A DNA stretch of 64,000 nucleotides. Origin: Candidatus Cloacimonadales bacterium (GTDB lineage Bacteria; Cloacimonadota; Cloacimonadia; Cloacimonadales; JAFGVF01). Under the pieces are notes generated by a model. That model saw nothing but the letters and a program-made list of their open reading frames with translations, was not told the origin of the DNA and did not search any database. Where the stretch lies: NCBI GenBank assembly GCA_963663475.2, contig CAXXJV010000001.1, positions 1,024,001 to 1,088,000 on the forward strand, in the 5' to 3' direction. A program made the translations under genes and the position numbers. Position 1 is the first letter of the stretch. Every line of letters begins with the position of its first letter. This document shows positions 50,218 to 59,665 of this stretch, in pieces.

Positions 50218-51819
50218 TTATTTCCCAGCCATCATAGCTTCGATATCAGCTTTTACATCTCCTGTTGGTTTAATGTCAAAGTTTTCAACTAAAACTTTAG
50301 CAACATTTGGTGATAAGAAAGCAGGTAGTGTAGGTCCTAAACGGATACCTTTTACGCCAAGGGCTAATAAGGCAAGTAGGACGGCTACAGCTTTTTGCTC
50401 ATACCAAGCAATATCAAATGAGATAGGTAAATCATTGATGTCATTAAGTTCGAATACTTCTTTAAGTTTAAGAGCAATAACAGCTAATGAATATGAATCA
50501 TTACACTGTCCGGCATCGAGAACACGTGGAATTCCACCTATATCACCGAGTTGGAGTTTGTTATAACGATATTTAGCACATCCGGCAGTTAAGATAACAG
50601 TACCTTCGGGTAATTCGCTAGCTACATCAGTGAAGTATTGTCTTGTATCATGTCTGCCATCACAACCAGCCATTACTACAAATCTTTTAATAGCACCAGA
50701 TTTAACAGCAGCAACAACTTTATCTGCAAGAGCGATAACTTGATTATGAGCGAATCCACCCACGATTGAACCAGTTTCTATTTGGGTTGGAGGAGGGCAA
50801 GTTTTAGCTAACTCTATTATTTTAGAGAAATCTTTTTTGCCAGCTACAGGTTCGATATGAGGAACATTAGGATAACCAGCCATTCCGGTTGTGAAGATTC
50901 TCTTTGCATATTCTTCTTTAACAGGAACGATACAGTTAGTGGTCATTAAGATAGGGCCGTTGAAAGAGATGAATTCTTTATCTTGTTTCCACCAAGCATT
51001 ACCATAGTTTCCTACAAAATGTTTGTATTTTTTGAAAGCAGGATAGTAGTTAGCAGGAAGCATTTCAGAGTGGGTATAGACATCAACTCCTGTTCCTTCA
51101 GTTTGTTGTAGAAGTTGTTCCATATCTCTCAAGTCATGACCAGATATAAGGATACCAGGGTTTTTACCGACACCGATATTAACTTCTGTGATTTCAGGGT
51201 TACCATAGGTAGAAGTGTTTGCTTCATCAAGTAAAGCCATAGTGGTAACAGCCATATTACCAGCCTTGAGGACTAAGCCAACCATTTCATCTACAGAAAG
51301 ATCTTTAGTAGTGGAAGCCAATCCTTCAATTAAGAATTGGTAAATATCATCATTTTCTTTTCCGAGAACTGCAGCATGTTCTGCATAGGCTGAGATACCT
51401 TTTAAACCATAAACAAGAAGTTCTCTTAATGAGCGTACATCTTCATTTTCAGTGGAAAGAACCCCATGTTTTTCTCCGATTTTAACGAAATCTTCTTCTG
51501 TTTGACCAGTCCAAGTTATGGCTTCACAATCACACTTATAATTTAAAGCATCTCTTCTTTGGAGAGCTTCTTTGATTAAGGCGACAATTCTTTCATCATC
51601 GAAGTTTGCATTTGTAATAGTTGCGAAAAGACTTTTAGCTATGAATAAGCCATTATCTCTATCATATTTACCATCTGAAGCTAGGGATATGCCTTTTAAA
51701 GCATAGACTAAAGCATCTTGTAAACAAGCTGTTTTTGCTGGTTTACCACATACACCCTTGTTAAATCTGCATCCAATATTCTGCATAGTCTCTTGACATT
51801 GGTAACAATACATACTCAT
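50218..51819 (-). CDS. hcp: Hybrid cluster protein (hydroxylamine/NO reductase)
   Basis: [11 protein letters not shown]...GVCGK, SGHDL, THSEMLP, TTNC, GCDG, AGCAKYR, GQCNDS, WYEQKA. Confidence 0.96.
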   Translation of the reverse strand: MSMYCYQCQETMQNIGCRFNKGVCGKPAKTACLQDALVYALKGISLASDGKYDRDNGLFIAKSLFATITNANFDDERIVALIKEALQRRDALNYKCDCEAITWTGQTEEDFVKIGEKHGVLSTENEDVRSLRELLVYGLKGISAYAEHAAVLGKENDDIYQFLIEGLASTTKDLSVDEMVGLVLKAGNMAVTTMALLDEANTSTYGNPEITEVNIGVGKNPGILISGHDLRDMEQLLQQTEGTGVDVYTHSEMLPANYYPAFKKYKHFVGNYGNAWWKQDKEFISFNGPILMTTNCIVPVKEEYAKRIFTTGMAGYPNVPHIEPVAGKKDFSKIIELAKTCPPPTQIETGSIVGGFAHNQVIALADKVVAAVKSGAIKRFVVMAGCDGRHDTRQYFTDVASELPEGTVILTAGCAKYRYNKLQLGDIGGIPRVLDAGQCNDSYSLAVIALKLKEVFELNDINDLPISFDIAWYEQKAVAVLLALLALGVKGIRLGPTLPAFLSPNVAKVLVENFDIKPTGDVKADIEAMMAGK

Positions 51820-51935
51820 TTTTCTTTCTCCTATTTGTTTTTTTTGTTAAAATTTTGTTATTTTACTGTAGATATGTGCTTATAAATCAGTTACTTTGCT
51901 ACTTAATAATAGTATAATATTATTGACATTAAAAG

Positions 51936-52175
51936 CTAATAATTTATTCCTGCTGTTTTGACATTTTCTGCATCAAAGGCATGACAAGGCGTTACTCCAT
52001 ATACCATATTGCATTTAGGACATTTGCTTTCAAAAGTTTCCATCTCAAAATTATCTCCACACTCACATTTTATTTCTAAAGGAAGAGGCATATATTGGTC
52101 TGCAAAACCCATTTGCCTTACTTTATCTACTACATCTTGTCCATTTTTAAAGCTTCCGCTACATCCATCGTGCAT
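51936..52175 (-). CDS. Small Cys-rich putative metal-binding protein (79 aa)
   Basis: Start at MHDGCSG (AGGAG RBS); CECG...CPKC...PCH. Confidence 0.75.
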   Translation of the reverse strand: MHDGCSGSFKNGQDVVDKVRQMGFADQYMPLPLEIKCECGDNFEMETFESKCPKCNMVYGVTPCHAFDAENVKTAGINY

Positions 52176-52200
52176 AATTTGGCTCCTATTTTTTATCTTC

Positions 52201-52345
52201 CTTAACACAGAGTTTCACAGAGGTTAAGAGGAGTTTCACAGAGGATTTGAAATCTGTGAAGATCGGTTAAATCTGTGTCATCTGTGTTCTATTATTTTCT
52301 TTATTTTATTTATCTTAATTAGTGAAATTCGTGAAATTAGTGGAT
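52201..52345. repeat. CACAGA-type short-period inverted repeat cluster
   Basis: CTTAACACAGAGTTTCACAGAGGTTAA...TCTGTGTCATCTGTGTT; same head sequence at 59666. Confidence 0.7.
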
Positions 52346-52351
52346 AGATTC

Positions 52352-53362
52352 TTAATTTAGAAGTATTTCACCACTTCTCAGCATAGTTCTGTAGGAAAGA
52401 ATCTTCTTATCTAATTCTTCTAATGTCGAGAGAATCTGACGTTCTTCATCAGTAGTTTCAATTACTTTCGCGATTCCACCATTTTTTATTACTATTCTTT
52501 TATCAGCCATGAGGGCAAGAATGGGGTCATGAGTCGCCATTAAAACTATTTTATTTTCAGAAAGCAGGAGATTTAAGGCTCTTTTACGATCAATTCCGGC
52601 ATTTTCAATTTCATCGATAAGAATGATGGGTGATTTACTAAGAATAGCGGTATCAGCTATCATTAAAGCACGTGATTGACCTCCACTTAAGCTGGTTATA
52701 GGGGTATCAGGAGAGAACTTTTCACCTGCTAGATCATTAGCTTTTTTAATGATATTGGCAATTACTTCCTCTTTGTTTTCCACAAGTCTGCTTTGAGCAT
52801 GAAGTTGAACGAATTGATAAACTGATAAATCCATAACGAAGTTCATATTTTGGGAGAGTTGAGCTACTAGTTTATCCGAAGTTGAGAATCTCCATTTAAC
52901 ATCAGGTTTATCATTGTTAATTAAAATTCTTCTCCCTGTTGGGGTATCGGCTTGAGCAACCCATTCAATATCACCTAGGAGTCTACTTTTCCCTGATCCT
53001 GTTGGTCCTACTATACTAATTATTTGTCCTTTTTTAATCTCAAAATTATTGAAATTTTCAGGATTTCCACTTTTATCATTACCCGGAAGAATGGTAACTG
53101 TTTCTACAATCTCATTATCTTTGCCTAAGAAGGAAATCATTTGCTGAATATATTCTACTAGTTGTTGGTAAAATAGTTCAGGTTCAATTGCCATATCTTG
53201 GCGATGTTCCTCTCCTAAAGAATCAAAATATTCAGCTAAAGATTTTCCTTCATTTCCTTGATAGGATATATTATTGTTTTCCAAGAAAGAGTCTAAGAAA
53301 GGATATTCTAAGAGCAGGTCTTCTATGATTAAATTTGGTATTGTTTTAATATTTATTAGCAT
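52352..53362 (-). CDS. ABC-type ATPase with N-terminal DUF1858-like extension
   Basis: GPTGSGKS, LSGGQ, ILIDE, ATHD. Confidence 0.88.
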   Translation of the reverse strand: MLINIKTIPNLIIEDLLLEYPFLDSFLENNNISYQGNEGKSLAEYFDSLGEEHRQDMAIEPELFYQQLVEYIQQMISFLGKDNEIVETVTILPGNDKSGNPENFNNFEIKKGQIISIVGPTGSGKSRLLGDIEWVAQADTPTGRRILINNDKPDVKWRFSTSDKLVAQLSQNMNFVMDLSVYQFVQLHAQSRLVENKEEVIANIIKKANDLAGEKFSPDTPITSLSGGQSRALMIADTAILSKSPIILIDEIENAGIDRKRALNLLLSENKIVLMATHDPILALMADKRIVIKNGGIAKVIETTDEERQILSTLEELDKKILSYRTMLRSGEILLN

Positions 53363-53363
53363 A

Positions 53364-54056
53364 TTAATCCTCTAAGTTTATCTTGCGGACATTACCCATT
53401 TGGTAGCTTTCCCCGATTCTAGTTTCTCCTAAGCAGTAGGAACAGAGGGCGGAAGGCATAGGGAAGCGTAATTCTTTGCCTTTCAGAGTATCGATATTAT
53501 CTTTCTCATCATAGATTAAGGTAGAAAGCTCAAAAGAACCTTGTCCTGTTAAGCCGTTTATATGCATTATGGTTGCCTTAGGATTTACACTATTTACTCG
53601 TGAAGCAAAGACTTCTCTTTCTGCTTGAGAGACAATATCTCCTTTGGTAATTACTATTATATCAGCTGATTTGAGCATAGGACCAATCTTCTTAGGAGTG
53701 TTAATTCCAGAAAGATTATCAATTACACAAATAGCTTTGATTCCCTTTATGTAAGGTGAACATCTGTTGCATAAACCAGCTGATTCACTTATTAAAACAT
53801 CCATTTTATTCTCAAGTCCCCACTGAGTAATTTCTTCAACATTACTAACAAAATAGTGGTCTGGACATAAAGCTCCTGATAAGCCTTTCTTAACAGGAAT
53901 CCCAGCATTCTTATATAAAATATCATCATCTGTGTAGAGGCAATCAAATTTGGCGACCGCCACTTTTAATCCTTTCTTTTGAAGAGACTCTATCGTCTTT
54001 AAAATCACAGAAGTTTTTCCTGAAGAAGGGGGACCTGATACAGTTATCAAATTCAT
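53364..54056 (-). CDS. HypB/UreG/CobW-like (G3E) GTPase
   Basis: GPPSSGKT, LCPDH, ESAGLCNRC, TKGD, CSYC; start at MNLITV (ATGA overlap with upstream stop). Confidence 0.85.
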   Translation of the reverse strand: MNLITVSGPPSSGKTSVILKTIESLQKKGLKVAVAKFDCLYTDDDILYKNAGIPVKKGLSGALCPDHYFVSNVEEITQWGLENKMDVLISESAGLCNRCSPYIKGIKAICVIDNLSGINTPKKIGPMLKSADIIVITKGDIVSQAEREVFASRVNSVNPKATIMHINGLTGQGSFELSTLIYDEKDNIDTLKGKELRFPMPSALCSYCLGETRIGESYQMGNVRKINLED

Positions 54057-55288
54057 TTTTTCTCCTTTAGCGAACTTTGGAAAAGTGTTTCGCAATGTTT
54101 AATTGTTGCTGAAATATCATGAGAATAGATATAATCCCAACCTAACCACATGAATTTATTTTCCTTGGGAATTCTGTTATCTACATCTGGATTTACACTT
54201 GGGAATAGTCCACTATGAGCTAGTACTTCTCCAACTTGCTGAGATGCTAAGAAATCTACTATTGGCCTTATTTCTTGCTTCCTCTGGCTTTTAGTTAACA
54301 TAAAGATAGGACTTATAATAGCTCCATCTTCTGGCCATAAAGCTTGCATAGTAGAGTTTTCTTTTACCATCTTAGTAAAGAAGTAAGGCATTATAGTAAC
54401 TATAGGTCTCTTATTGGTTTTTTTTTCACTTTTTACCATTTGGGAAGGATGAAGTGATTCTAATAATGAACGTCCTAATTTAACCACTCCTTCATCTCCA
54501 TATTTCTTAAAAATGTTGAGAAGAATACCGTTAAACAAATCAAAATCACCTACAGGAAGAGATACTTTGTTTTCAAACTCAGGCTTCATGATATCTTGCC
54601 AAGTTATAGGAATTTGCCTATCTCCTAATTCACTTGTGTTAACCAGAAAGACTGCAGGAACTACTCCAAGCAGAGAAAAATGTTCCTTAGGATCTTTAAG
54701 ATTAAGTTCTGTGAAGATTTCATTATATTCTTTAATAGGTGAGAATTCGGCAAAAACACCTTGGTCTTTAAACTTCCCAAACATCTCAAGATCAAAGAAC
54801 ATGTCAAATCCTGCTGAGATAAATATATCAGGTAAATCACTAGGATTACTTATTTCTTTAACATGCTTCTCAATCCACTCTACGCCCATAGAGGCAGCTT
54901 TTAACTCAGATTCTACTTCTATTCCAAACTCTTGCTTAAAAGTCTTAGTAAAGCTATTAAACTTCTCCATCAAGGGTATTCTTACAGGACATGGTAAGGC
55001 ACCAACAACCTTAATAGCTTCTTTATTCTTACTTAATTTATTATCACTAAGTGAAACATCTGCATTATTATTTTCACCTTCTATTGCCTCTATTAATAAG
55101 GAAGCAAATGTGTCATAATCGATTTGCTTTAGCATTAAAGCTGTCTTCAAACTGATACTTTTAGCAAATACTTCCCTTTTAGCTTGGTCATCCATCTGAG
55201 GGAAACCATTGGAAGTAAATACTGAAACAGTCTCAGGATACTTTTCGACTATTGATAGAAGTGAATCAGTGGCTTGAAAATATGGCAT
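54053..55288 (-). CDS. ABC substrate-binding-fold protein with N-terminal DUF1858-like domain, no signal peptide
   Basis: IVEKYPETVSVF..NGF; LPCPVRIP; TWQD..KPE; WPEDGA. Confidence 0.75.
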   Translation of the reverse strand: MPYFQATDSLLSIVEKYPETVSVFTSNGFPQMDDQAKREVFAKSISLKTALMLKQIDYDTFASLLIEAIEGENNNADVSLSDNKLSKNKEAIKVVGALPCPVRIPLMEKFNSFTKTFKQEFGIEVESELKAASMGVEWIEKHVKEISNPSDLPDIFISAGFDMFFDLEMFGKFKDQGVFAEFSPIKEYNEIFTELNLKDPKEHFSLLGVVPAVFLVNTSELGDRQIPITWQDIMKPEFENKVSLPVGDFDLFNGILLNIFKKYGDEGVVKLGRSLLESLHPSQMVKSEKKTNKRPIVTIMPYFFTKMVKENSTMQALWPEDGAIISPIFMLTKSQRKQEIRPIVDFLASQQVGEVLAHSGLFPSVNPDVDNRIPKENKFMWLGWDYIYSHDISATIKHCETLFQSSLKEKK

Positions 55289-55302
55289 GTCTTTTCCTTT
55301 TC

Positions 55303-55644
55303 CTATTTGATAAATTTAGACGGACTTGTAGGTCTAGGTAGTTTAGAAACTAAGACTCTTACTAGGCTATCAGTTTCATTATATATGCAATGGACAATCT
55401 CTTTAGGAGATTCAATTACATCATCTTCTTTAACTTGCACTCTCTCTTCACCTATCATAATGGTAGGTCTGCCTTCTAAGACATAGAACAAGGCATCTAC
55501 AGGGGTTATATGTGGCTTTAAGGATTCTCCTGCCTTTAATAAGATATGATTAACTTGGGCATACTCACTATTATACACTTGTTTTACATCAACACCATGA
55601 GCTGTCTTATATTCTTTCTCTTCTCTAAAGTTTGTAATTTTCAT
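55303..55644 (-). CDS. Cupin-domain protein
   Basis: LKAGESLKPH.TP...YVLEG...PKEIVH. Confidence 0.85.
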   Translation of the reverse strand: MKITNFREEKEYKTAHGVDVKQVYNSEYAQVNHILLKAGESLKPHITPVDALFYVLEGRPTIMIGEERVQVKEDDVIESPKEIVHCIYNETDSLVRVLVSKLPRPTSPSKFIK

Positions 55645-55667
55645 AATCTTTTCTCCTTTATATATAT

Positions 55668-55687
55668 TTAGGTACTATAATACCTAA
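55668..55687. promoter_or_regulatory. Candidate Rrf2 operator, site 1
   Basis: TTAGGTACTATAATACCTAA imperfect palindrome upstream of the cupin gene. Confidence 0.65.
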
Positions 55688-55706
55688 TTAAGATTAAAAA
55701 AATATT

Positions 55707-56108
55707 TTACATAAAATCTGCTAAATGCATATCTTTGAATCTATCATAAATCTTCTTGGTTGCTTGGGCAACTTCTGCATCAATTATGCAGGTCCTAAAT
55801 ACACAATGTGTCTTACCAAAAGGGCAACCAGTAACTTCTATTTCTCCCTCAAAAAGCTCGATTATCTCTAAGAAAGAGACATGCTTTGGTGACCTAGATA
55901 ATTCAAAACCACCTTGAGGGCCTCTAACGGAATGGACTATCCCAGCGCGAGTTAACTTCTGGAATATCTTAGCTAGATGAGCTTCTGAAGCATTCAAAAC
56001 CTTAGCAATCTCTTTTACACTAACCCTATCAGGTGTCTTAGATGCAATATGGACTAAGCCATGCAAGGCTAAGTAGGTAGCTTCAGATAAATTTAATAAT
56101 TTACTCAT
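55707..56108 (-). CDS. Rrf2-family transcriptional regulator (3-Cys, FeS type)
   Basis: SEAHLAKIFQKL..AGIV.SVRGPQGGF; CPFG..HC....C. Confidence 0.92.
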   Translation of the reverse strand: MSKLLNLSEATYLALHGLVHIASKTPDRVSVKEIAKVLNASEAHLAKIFQKLTRAGIVHSVRGPQGGFELSRSPKHVSFLEIIELFEGEIEVTGCPFGKTHCVFRTCIIDAEVAQATKKIYDRFKDMHLADFM

Positions 56109-56139
56109 CTTTTCCTCTTTTTACTTTTCTTATTTTTAT

Positions 56140-56159
56140 TCTGGTACTACAATACCTAA
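56140..56159. promoter_or_regulatory. Candidate Rrf2 operator, site 2 (autoregulation)
   Basis: TCTGGTACTACAATACCTAA, 17/20 identical to site 1, upstream of rrf2. Confidence 0.65.
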
Positions 56160-56261
56160 TTGGTATTATCTGTCAAATGTTTTTTTAATTTTTTTCTATT
56201 TAGTGGCGTGAATGCCTCTATAATGGTATTTGTGTCTCTATGTTATAATGTGAAAACTAAA

Positions 56262-56513
56262 TTATCTTAAATTTGATTTATGCTTAACCCAAAGAAGCTT
56301 ATAGAAAAAATCAAAAACTATAGCAACAATAAAAGCTGTTAAAATAGGTCCCAAGATAATCAAACTCCAATGCATGATAGGAAGAGAGAATGTTCCTGTA
56401 AGAGAATATGTCCAATGGATAATAACTGCTAGTCTGATTACATATGTAATAATAAAGACAATTTTAGCAGGAAGTGAGATTGCTGATTTGAAAGGACGAA
56501 TAAAGTTAAGCAT
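56262..56513 (-). CDS. Small two-TM membrane protein
   Basis: KIVFIITYVI...FIVAIVFDFFYKL, similar to 56539..56778. Confidence 0.55.
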   Translation of the reverse strand: MLNFIRPFKSAISLPAKIVFIITYVIRLAVIIHWTYSLTGTFSLPIMHWSLIILGPILTAFIVAIVFDFFYKLLWVKHKSNLR

Positions 56514-56538
56514 GAATATAATATTTCCTTATTCGTAC

Positions 56539-56778
56539 TTATTGCAAGTTAGGTTTATTTCTAATCAAGTTATAGATAAATTCAAAGATAAAAGTTACTA
56601 TAAAGGAGATAGCTAAAGCAATAATTACATCGTACAAAAGGAAGATATGAAAATTGCTAATTGATATTGAAAAAGAAATGATGTAAGTAATAATGAAAAT
56701 AATTTTACCAAAGAAACTAAATAGTTGAAGAAAATTTCTGCTTGTTTCACCAGCAGATTTTCGATATCCATGTAACAT
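56539..56778 (-). CDS. Small two-TM membrane protein (paralog of 56262..56513)
   Basis: AGGAG RBS; KIIFIITYII...FIVTFIFEFIYNL. Confidence 0.55.
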   Translation of the reverse strand: MLHGYRKSAGETSRNFLQLFSFFGKIIFIITYIISFSISISNFHIFLLYDVIIALAISFIVTFIFEFIYNLIRNKPNLQ

Positions 56779-57053
56779 AATTGACTCCTAAATTAATTTA
56801 ACCAAGTATAGTATTATTGTAAAATTTTGTCAAGTTAAATACTAATTATTTATAATCCAAGTTAGAAATATGGACATAATCTAATAATATTCTCTAATGG
56901 TCTAGGATAGCATTTGGCTAAAATCATAAAGTTATTTTTTTAAAGATAAACTTGACAATCTTAGAAGAAGAGTAAAAAATGTATAAAATAGCAATTAGTG
57001 CATGACCAATTAAATAGTTTATTGATATAACTTGGTGCACAGAGGAATAGTCC

Positions 57054-59297
57054 ATGATTGAATTGACAAAAGAAATGATTAAACAATGGGATGTTTTAGC
57101 AGAATATGAACCACCAGCACTTTTAGACCTACTTGAAAATTATAGTTCACAAGACTTCACTCAGCAGGATTGGCGTAGGGTAAAATATTTTAGAGGAAAA
57201 GCCTTAGCTACAATGTCATACTTTGAGGATTCGGAGGAAATAGCTTTAGAATGTATTAGAGAGGCAATTGCAGAAGCTGACTACTACATACTTGTAAAAT
57301 CCCATGTATTACAAGCCGTCTCCTATTATGGAAGTGAGAAAGAGGATCAAATTAGACCTTTACTAAATATGGCTATTGATTACTCAATGGAATCAGGAGA
57401 TTATGAATTAATGATTTATGCTCATTGTGCTTATATGTTCTATTTTAATCACAATTCTCAATTTGATTCAGCTTTAAAACAAGAGCTTAGAATTGCTGAT
57501 TTGATTAAGAGAATAAAGCCCTCCTATACTAGTGCAAGTGCTTTAAGCTCAATGGCCTTTCTCTATGTGAACATGTCTAGATGGGATCTAGCAATAAATT
57601 ATTTTAATCAAGCTCTATCAATTGCTAAAGAACTTTCATTAGATATCTATATCCTGAGTATCCTGAATAATCTAGGAACTGCTTTATCTAAGATTAAGGA
57701 TTATGTTACTTGTGAAGAAATTTTACAGCAAGGTTTAGAAAGGGCAAGACAGATGGGGCATAGGCAGAAAGTTTTTCTTTTTACTTCTAATCTTGGAAAC
57801 TTGATGATTGAGGAAAAGGAATTCAAGAAAGCAATTTCTTTTTATGATGAGTGCATGGGGATTTTAGAAAATGTAGTTCAAAAGCCACCTATGCTCTTAA
57901 TTGATTTATACAATAATTATGCCTTGTGTTATTGGCGTTTAAAAGATGATTCTTTGGCATTAGATTATATGAACAAGGCGATAGAAATTGCTCGCAATAA
58001 TAATTTCGAAAGAGATTTAATTCAAATTGAAGTTAATAAAACAAATCTTTTAGTAGCAATGAAGCAATATACTGAAGCTCTAAAGATAGTGAAAAATGCC
58101 ATAAAATATTATAAGAAAGCTAAAGATTTACATCAACTAATCTGGGTTTATCGAAATATGGTTAATATCTATTACCTACAAAAAGACTATAAAAGAAGCT
58201 ATGAGGCTCAAAGGAAATTAGATAATATTACTGATGATTATATCGCTGAAGTGCAAAAATGTGAAACTGACAAAAATATGGATAAGGTAAAAGTTCATGA
58301 AAGTTTAGATAGTGAAAATCATACTTTTTCATATAGAAAAAATAAACAAAATAATTCCCATGGCTTTATTGGTTGTAGCAAGGCCTACCATAATGTCCTA
58401 AATTCAGCATTATTGGCAGCTCAGTACCAAAACACAAGTGTGCTTATTCTTGGAGAATCTGGAACTGGAAAAGAGATTATAGCTCAGATTATCCATAAAA
58501 ATAGTATGAGAAGAAACCAAGCATTTATTCCTGTCAATGTAGGAGCTCTGACAGCTTCATTGGTTGAAAGCGAATTGTTTGGTCATACAAAAGGCGCCTA
58601 TACTGGCGCTGATGCTCCTGCTAAAGGCTTCTTTTTACAAGCAGATAAGGGTAGCTTATTTTTAGATGAAATTGCTGATATGCCTTTCCAGGTTCAAAGC
58701 AAGATGTTACGAGTTCTTGAATCCCGTAAGGTAACTGCTGTGGGAAGTAGTAAAGAAATTCCTTTTGATAGCAGAATAATCTCAGCTACTAGTCAAGACC
58801 TCAGAGGAAAATTAAGCGATAATCACTTCCGCTTGGATTTATTTCACAGACTAAACACTATTGAAATAGTTATCCCACCCCTAAGAGAGAGGAAAGAAGA
58901 TATTGAACCAATCATGAACCATTATCTGAAATATTATGCTAATGAACTTAGCAAAAAAATCCCCTTCATTGATAGATCAATGTTAGAAATTCTCTATGCT
59001 TATGACTTTCCTGGCAATGTTAGAGAATTAAAGAATATTGTGGAAAGAATGTACATTCTTAGCAAGAAAAGTGATTGGGATGCTCAACTGCTTTGTGAGA
59101 TTAATCCTTTTAGATTTGCTTCACAAGAATCTTTCTTACAAGAAGAATATAATGAAGAAGACCTTATTGTAAAAGCTCTACTTAAGGCTAAAGGCAAACA
59201 GAAAGAAGCAGCCTTGATTCTTAATATGTCAGAGGCAACTTTATCTAGAAGAATTAATAAATATAAGCTCCAAAAATATACCCTAAAAGGAATATAA
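57054..59297 (+). CDS. sigma54-dependent activator with N-terminal TPR array
   Basis: TPRs (NNLGTAL, SNLGNL); GESGTGKE, GAYTGA, FLDEI, FRLDLFHRL, FPGNVRELKN, HTH. Confidence 0.9.
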   Translation: MIELTKEMIKQWDVLAEYEPPALLDLLENYSSQDFTQQDWRRVKYFRGKALATMSYFEDSEEIALECIREAIAEADYYILVKSHVLQAVSYYGSEKEDQIRPLLNMAIDYSMESGDYELMIYAHCAYMFYFNHNSQFDSALKQELRIADLIKRIKPSYTSASALSSMAFLYVNMSRWDLAINYFNQALSIAKELSLDIYILSILNNLGTALSKIKDYVTCEEILQQGLERARQMGHRQKVFLFTSNLGNLMIEEKEFKKAISFYDECMGILENVVQKPPMLLIDLYNNYALCYWRLKDDSLALDYMNKAIEIARNNNFERDLIQIEVNKTNLLVAMKQYTEALKIVKNAIKYYKKAKDLHQLIWVYRNMVNIYYLQKDYKRSYEAQRKLDNITDDYIAEVQKCETDKNMDKVKVHESLDSENHTFSYRKNKQNNSHGFIGCSKAYHNVLNSALLAAQYQNTSVLILGESGTGKEIIAQIIHKNSMRRNQAFIPVNVGALTASLVESELFGHTKGAYTGADAPAKGFFLQADKGSLFLDEIADMPFQVQSKMLRVLESRKVTAVGSSKEIPFDSRIISATSQDLRGKLSDNHFRLDLFHRLNTIEIVIPPLRERKEDIEPIMNHYLKYYANELSKKIPFIDRSMLEILYAYDFPGNVRELKNIVERMYILSKKSDWDAQLLCEINPFRFASQESFLQEEYNEEDLIVKALLKAKGKQKEAALILNMSEATLSRRINKYKLQKYTLKGI

Positions 59298-59427
59298 ATT
59301 CATAATAAGTCTTAAAATTCTAATGCATTATTCGGTTAAAATCAAGTTTGAAGAAAACTTTCTAATCTGGAAAATCTGATTAGCTTTTCTAATTTCTCAG
59401 TTTTTGGGTGGCTTGTTGTTTTCTCCT

Positions 59428-59510
59428 TTCATCCTTATTCCTTCCTTTACAGTCTTTCGATGAAAGTCCCAGTTTCATCGAAAGACTGTAAAGGAAGGAT
59501 CATGGATGGA
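59428..59510. repeat. Long palindromic intergenic repeat, copy 3 of 3 (inverted relative to copy 2)
   Basis: same arms, loop gtcccag = reverse complement of the copy-2 loop. Confidence 0.9.
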
Positions 59511-59665
59511 AAGAGGGAGATTAGTGCCTATTTCTCTTGTCTGAGGGATAACAGGAGGCCGTATTCTTCTTCTTCTGAGACATTTTTTATGGAGTGGAAG
59601 CCATACCCGTCTTTGGGTCGCGGGATTCCAGCCCGCGGTTACGAAGGTGACAAGAAGAAAAAGAT

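Noticed and set aside
4142-55486. Numerous short opposite-strand or alternate-frame ORFs (e.g. 4142..4498, 10956..11345, 13691..14065, 34038..34337, 54513..55118)
   Set aside because: They overlap well-supported genes and show no motifs or RBS.
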